DNA of 53,670 nt, filler included, from Bipalium vagum (Eukaryota), in NCBI GenBank assembly GCA_037834085.1. It is 2 parts of 2 records of this genome, joined end to end, with 100 filler letters (N's around TTAATTAATTAA, not from the genome) between each part and the next. Parts side by side here need not be neighbours in the genome. Positions count along the whole stretch, not along the records: positions 31,608 to 53,670 come from JBBMKC010227763.1; 1 more part is not named here. One strand, written 5' to 3'. Under the pieces are notes generated by a model. That model did not search any database. It was given only the letters and a program-made list of their open reading frames with translations, and was not told where the DNA came from. The first letter of the stretch is position 1. Every line of letters begins with the position of its first letter. Below are positions 51,755 to 53,670 of this stretch, one piece after another. The position numbers and the translations under genes were made by a program.

Positions 51755-51818
<64 letters not shown>
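51755..51818. repeat. (TAT)n microsatellite
   Basis: Perfect trinucleotide run. Confidence 0.95.
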
Positions 51819-51820
<2 letters not shown>

Positions 51821-52719
51821 GATTTTAACACGTTAATGGACATAATATTTTTTTGTTAGTTTAACTGACGGTTTTAGTCGCCTTGTACACAAACGTGTGA
51901 ATAAATTAATTTTTCTTAACTCTGATCGTTGATGATTTGTTAAAGGTGTAAACAAAAAGAAAGTAAATTTCATTTTCAAATACATTTTCTCCTTTCATTT
52001 CTTAATATCACTTTTGCCTATCCGACTCGAGATGATCCATAAGTGATATTTCTCTCGTTCTCTGTACACTTGCCTTTGATAAATGAAGCTCTGTCTTCCA
52101 TGTACTGAGAAAGTTGAAGACAAATTACGAAAAAAGACTTTTAATGCGGCGAATTTCTAAAACCTAAGAATCATGCCAAAATAACTTTCAATGATCATTT
52201 AGAAGCAACATTAATTAAAGTCTGGTATTGTCGTGTGGTGGAGTCATGAGAAAATTTTTTTTATTAATTCTTAAAGATTACTTGGATAATTACTTAATTC
52301 TCTGGTAACTAAAACTTTTCTTTAAGTCCTGAATTTACAACTTTATTTTTATTTTATTATTCCTAAATGTGTACTTTATTTATCTTCGATATCTCGACTC
52401 ACAGAACAACGTGGTACGTTGATTGACATCTACCATTAATAAGTTTATTAATAAAATTATATTTCTTTTGTTTATTATTATTATTTTATTGATTTTATTG
52501 AAAAAATAAAATCAATATTTAATAGAATTATTTTATTTTTTATTTAATTGAAATTTTACACATTCTGTAATATTAAGTTATAAAGCAAATTTAGATTACT
52601 TAAATACATTACATGTATGTCCCGTTGGCAAAGTGGCTGACATGCAATGAAATCTGAAAATATATTTTCATAACATGACTTAAAATATATTATTTGAAAT
52701 ATGATAAAGCTTTAGAAGT

Positions 52720-53256
52720 GATTATAAATATTAAAGAGCAACTCTTCTTTAGAAATATTTCCCAGAACCTCTGGTACGAAATTTTTTATCTCATGATTGA
52801 TATCGTAGTAGTTTTGGAATTAGAGTTTTGCACATATCAACTCTGCCTTGGAAATGCACTATAGGATTTCAATGACAACTGTCCTGTCATAAATCTATGG
52901 GTTGCTATTCGTGAAATGGAGTTTGGGGTTGCAACAGACTGACTCATTTTGTATAATTGTGGCAACTTTGTTAATTTCATTTTCAGTGATCAATTTTGGT
53001 CTTCCAACACATTCTCGGTATTTTATTGATCCAGTTTCGGCTTTTAATTTTCTTTTTACTAAACAAATCGATCTGAATTTTGTCATTAATAAAAAAATTT
53101 TTATTCTGATGTTCATATGAACCGCTATTTGCTAAATAAAATATTAAAACAAAAACTTAATCATACACAATGTTACACAATTAGAAATTTAAATGGGTTG
53201 AAGTGAATGAGAAAATATTTAGGTTTACTTTCGGGTATGACTTTTGGAACACCTTG
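52720..53256 (-). mobile_element. 5' half of a Tc1-like element
   Basis: KLKAETGSIKYRECVGRPKLIT (GRP motif); TIR-like TACAAGGTGTTCCAAAAGTC. Confidence 0.75.
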
Positions 53257-53670
53257 TACAATTTTTTGTTGCACTTTTTACCCATGGGCAAATTTTAAAC
53301 AGAAATCCTTTATTCGATATTAATAATCTTTATGACAAATATTGTGTACACTAATTAAAATAAATAAATAAAATCAATTTCTTAAAAATTAAGTTTTATC
53401 ATCGTATAAAAAATGTTACAAATCAATAACATTTGTTCAAATATTACGCCGAATTATTAGGATGTAAAGAAATTAATGGCGTTTATGAAACTTAATTTTT
53501 GCAGTATGAATTAATAAAGGAAATTTTGTTTTATTAATATAAATTTCTTTTCATATTGCAGTGTAAATTTTTAAAAAGGTATTTCAACACGAGAATTTAA
53601 TAAATAATTAATATCTATAATTTTGTAGGCATTTGAATAATGATTGACGACTCCCAAATTAGAGCAGTTT

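Noticed and set aside
1-53670. CRISPR arrays, operons or rRNA
   Set aside because: Eukaryotic sequence; no repeat-spacer array or rRNA-like segment seen.

Overview
Very AT-rich, repeat-dense eukaryotic DNA, most likely from a triclad planarian (Schmidtea/Dugesia-like). The taxon is inferred from a let-7 mature sequence matching my recollection of planarian let-7d, ~50-nt introns and (ATT)n tracts. Two host genes are supported. (1) A let-7-family pre-miRNA at 6233-6313 (+) sits in a probable 203-nt intron of a non-coding host transcript, downstream of a motif-rich promoter that may also drive a divergent spliced RNA. (2) The last two coding exons of a Wnt ligand gene lie at 43095-43267 and 43315-43498 (+). 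The ORF track misses them, and the C-terminal 'index finger' has lost the conserved FxWCC motif. The rest is mostly decayed transposons: about 20 Tc1/mariner relics (one resembling plant-type DD39D), a Ty3/gypsy gag-PR-RT-RH fragment, a hAT-Charlie MITE with a perfect 8-bp TSD and foldback derivatives. A 101-bp TG...CA element with a 5-bp TSD carries a tRNA-Ala-derived core inside a mariner relic. A cluster of strong hairpins plus a TATA box abuts an assembly gap containing an artificial TTAATTAATTAA linker. Most ORF-track entries are transposon debris or chance ORFs. Everything was read by eye, and boundaries of decayed elements are approximate.
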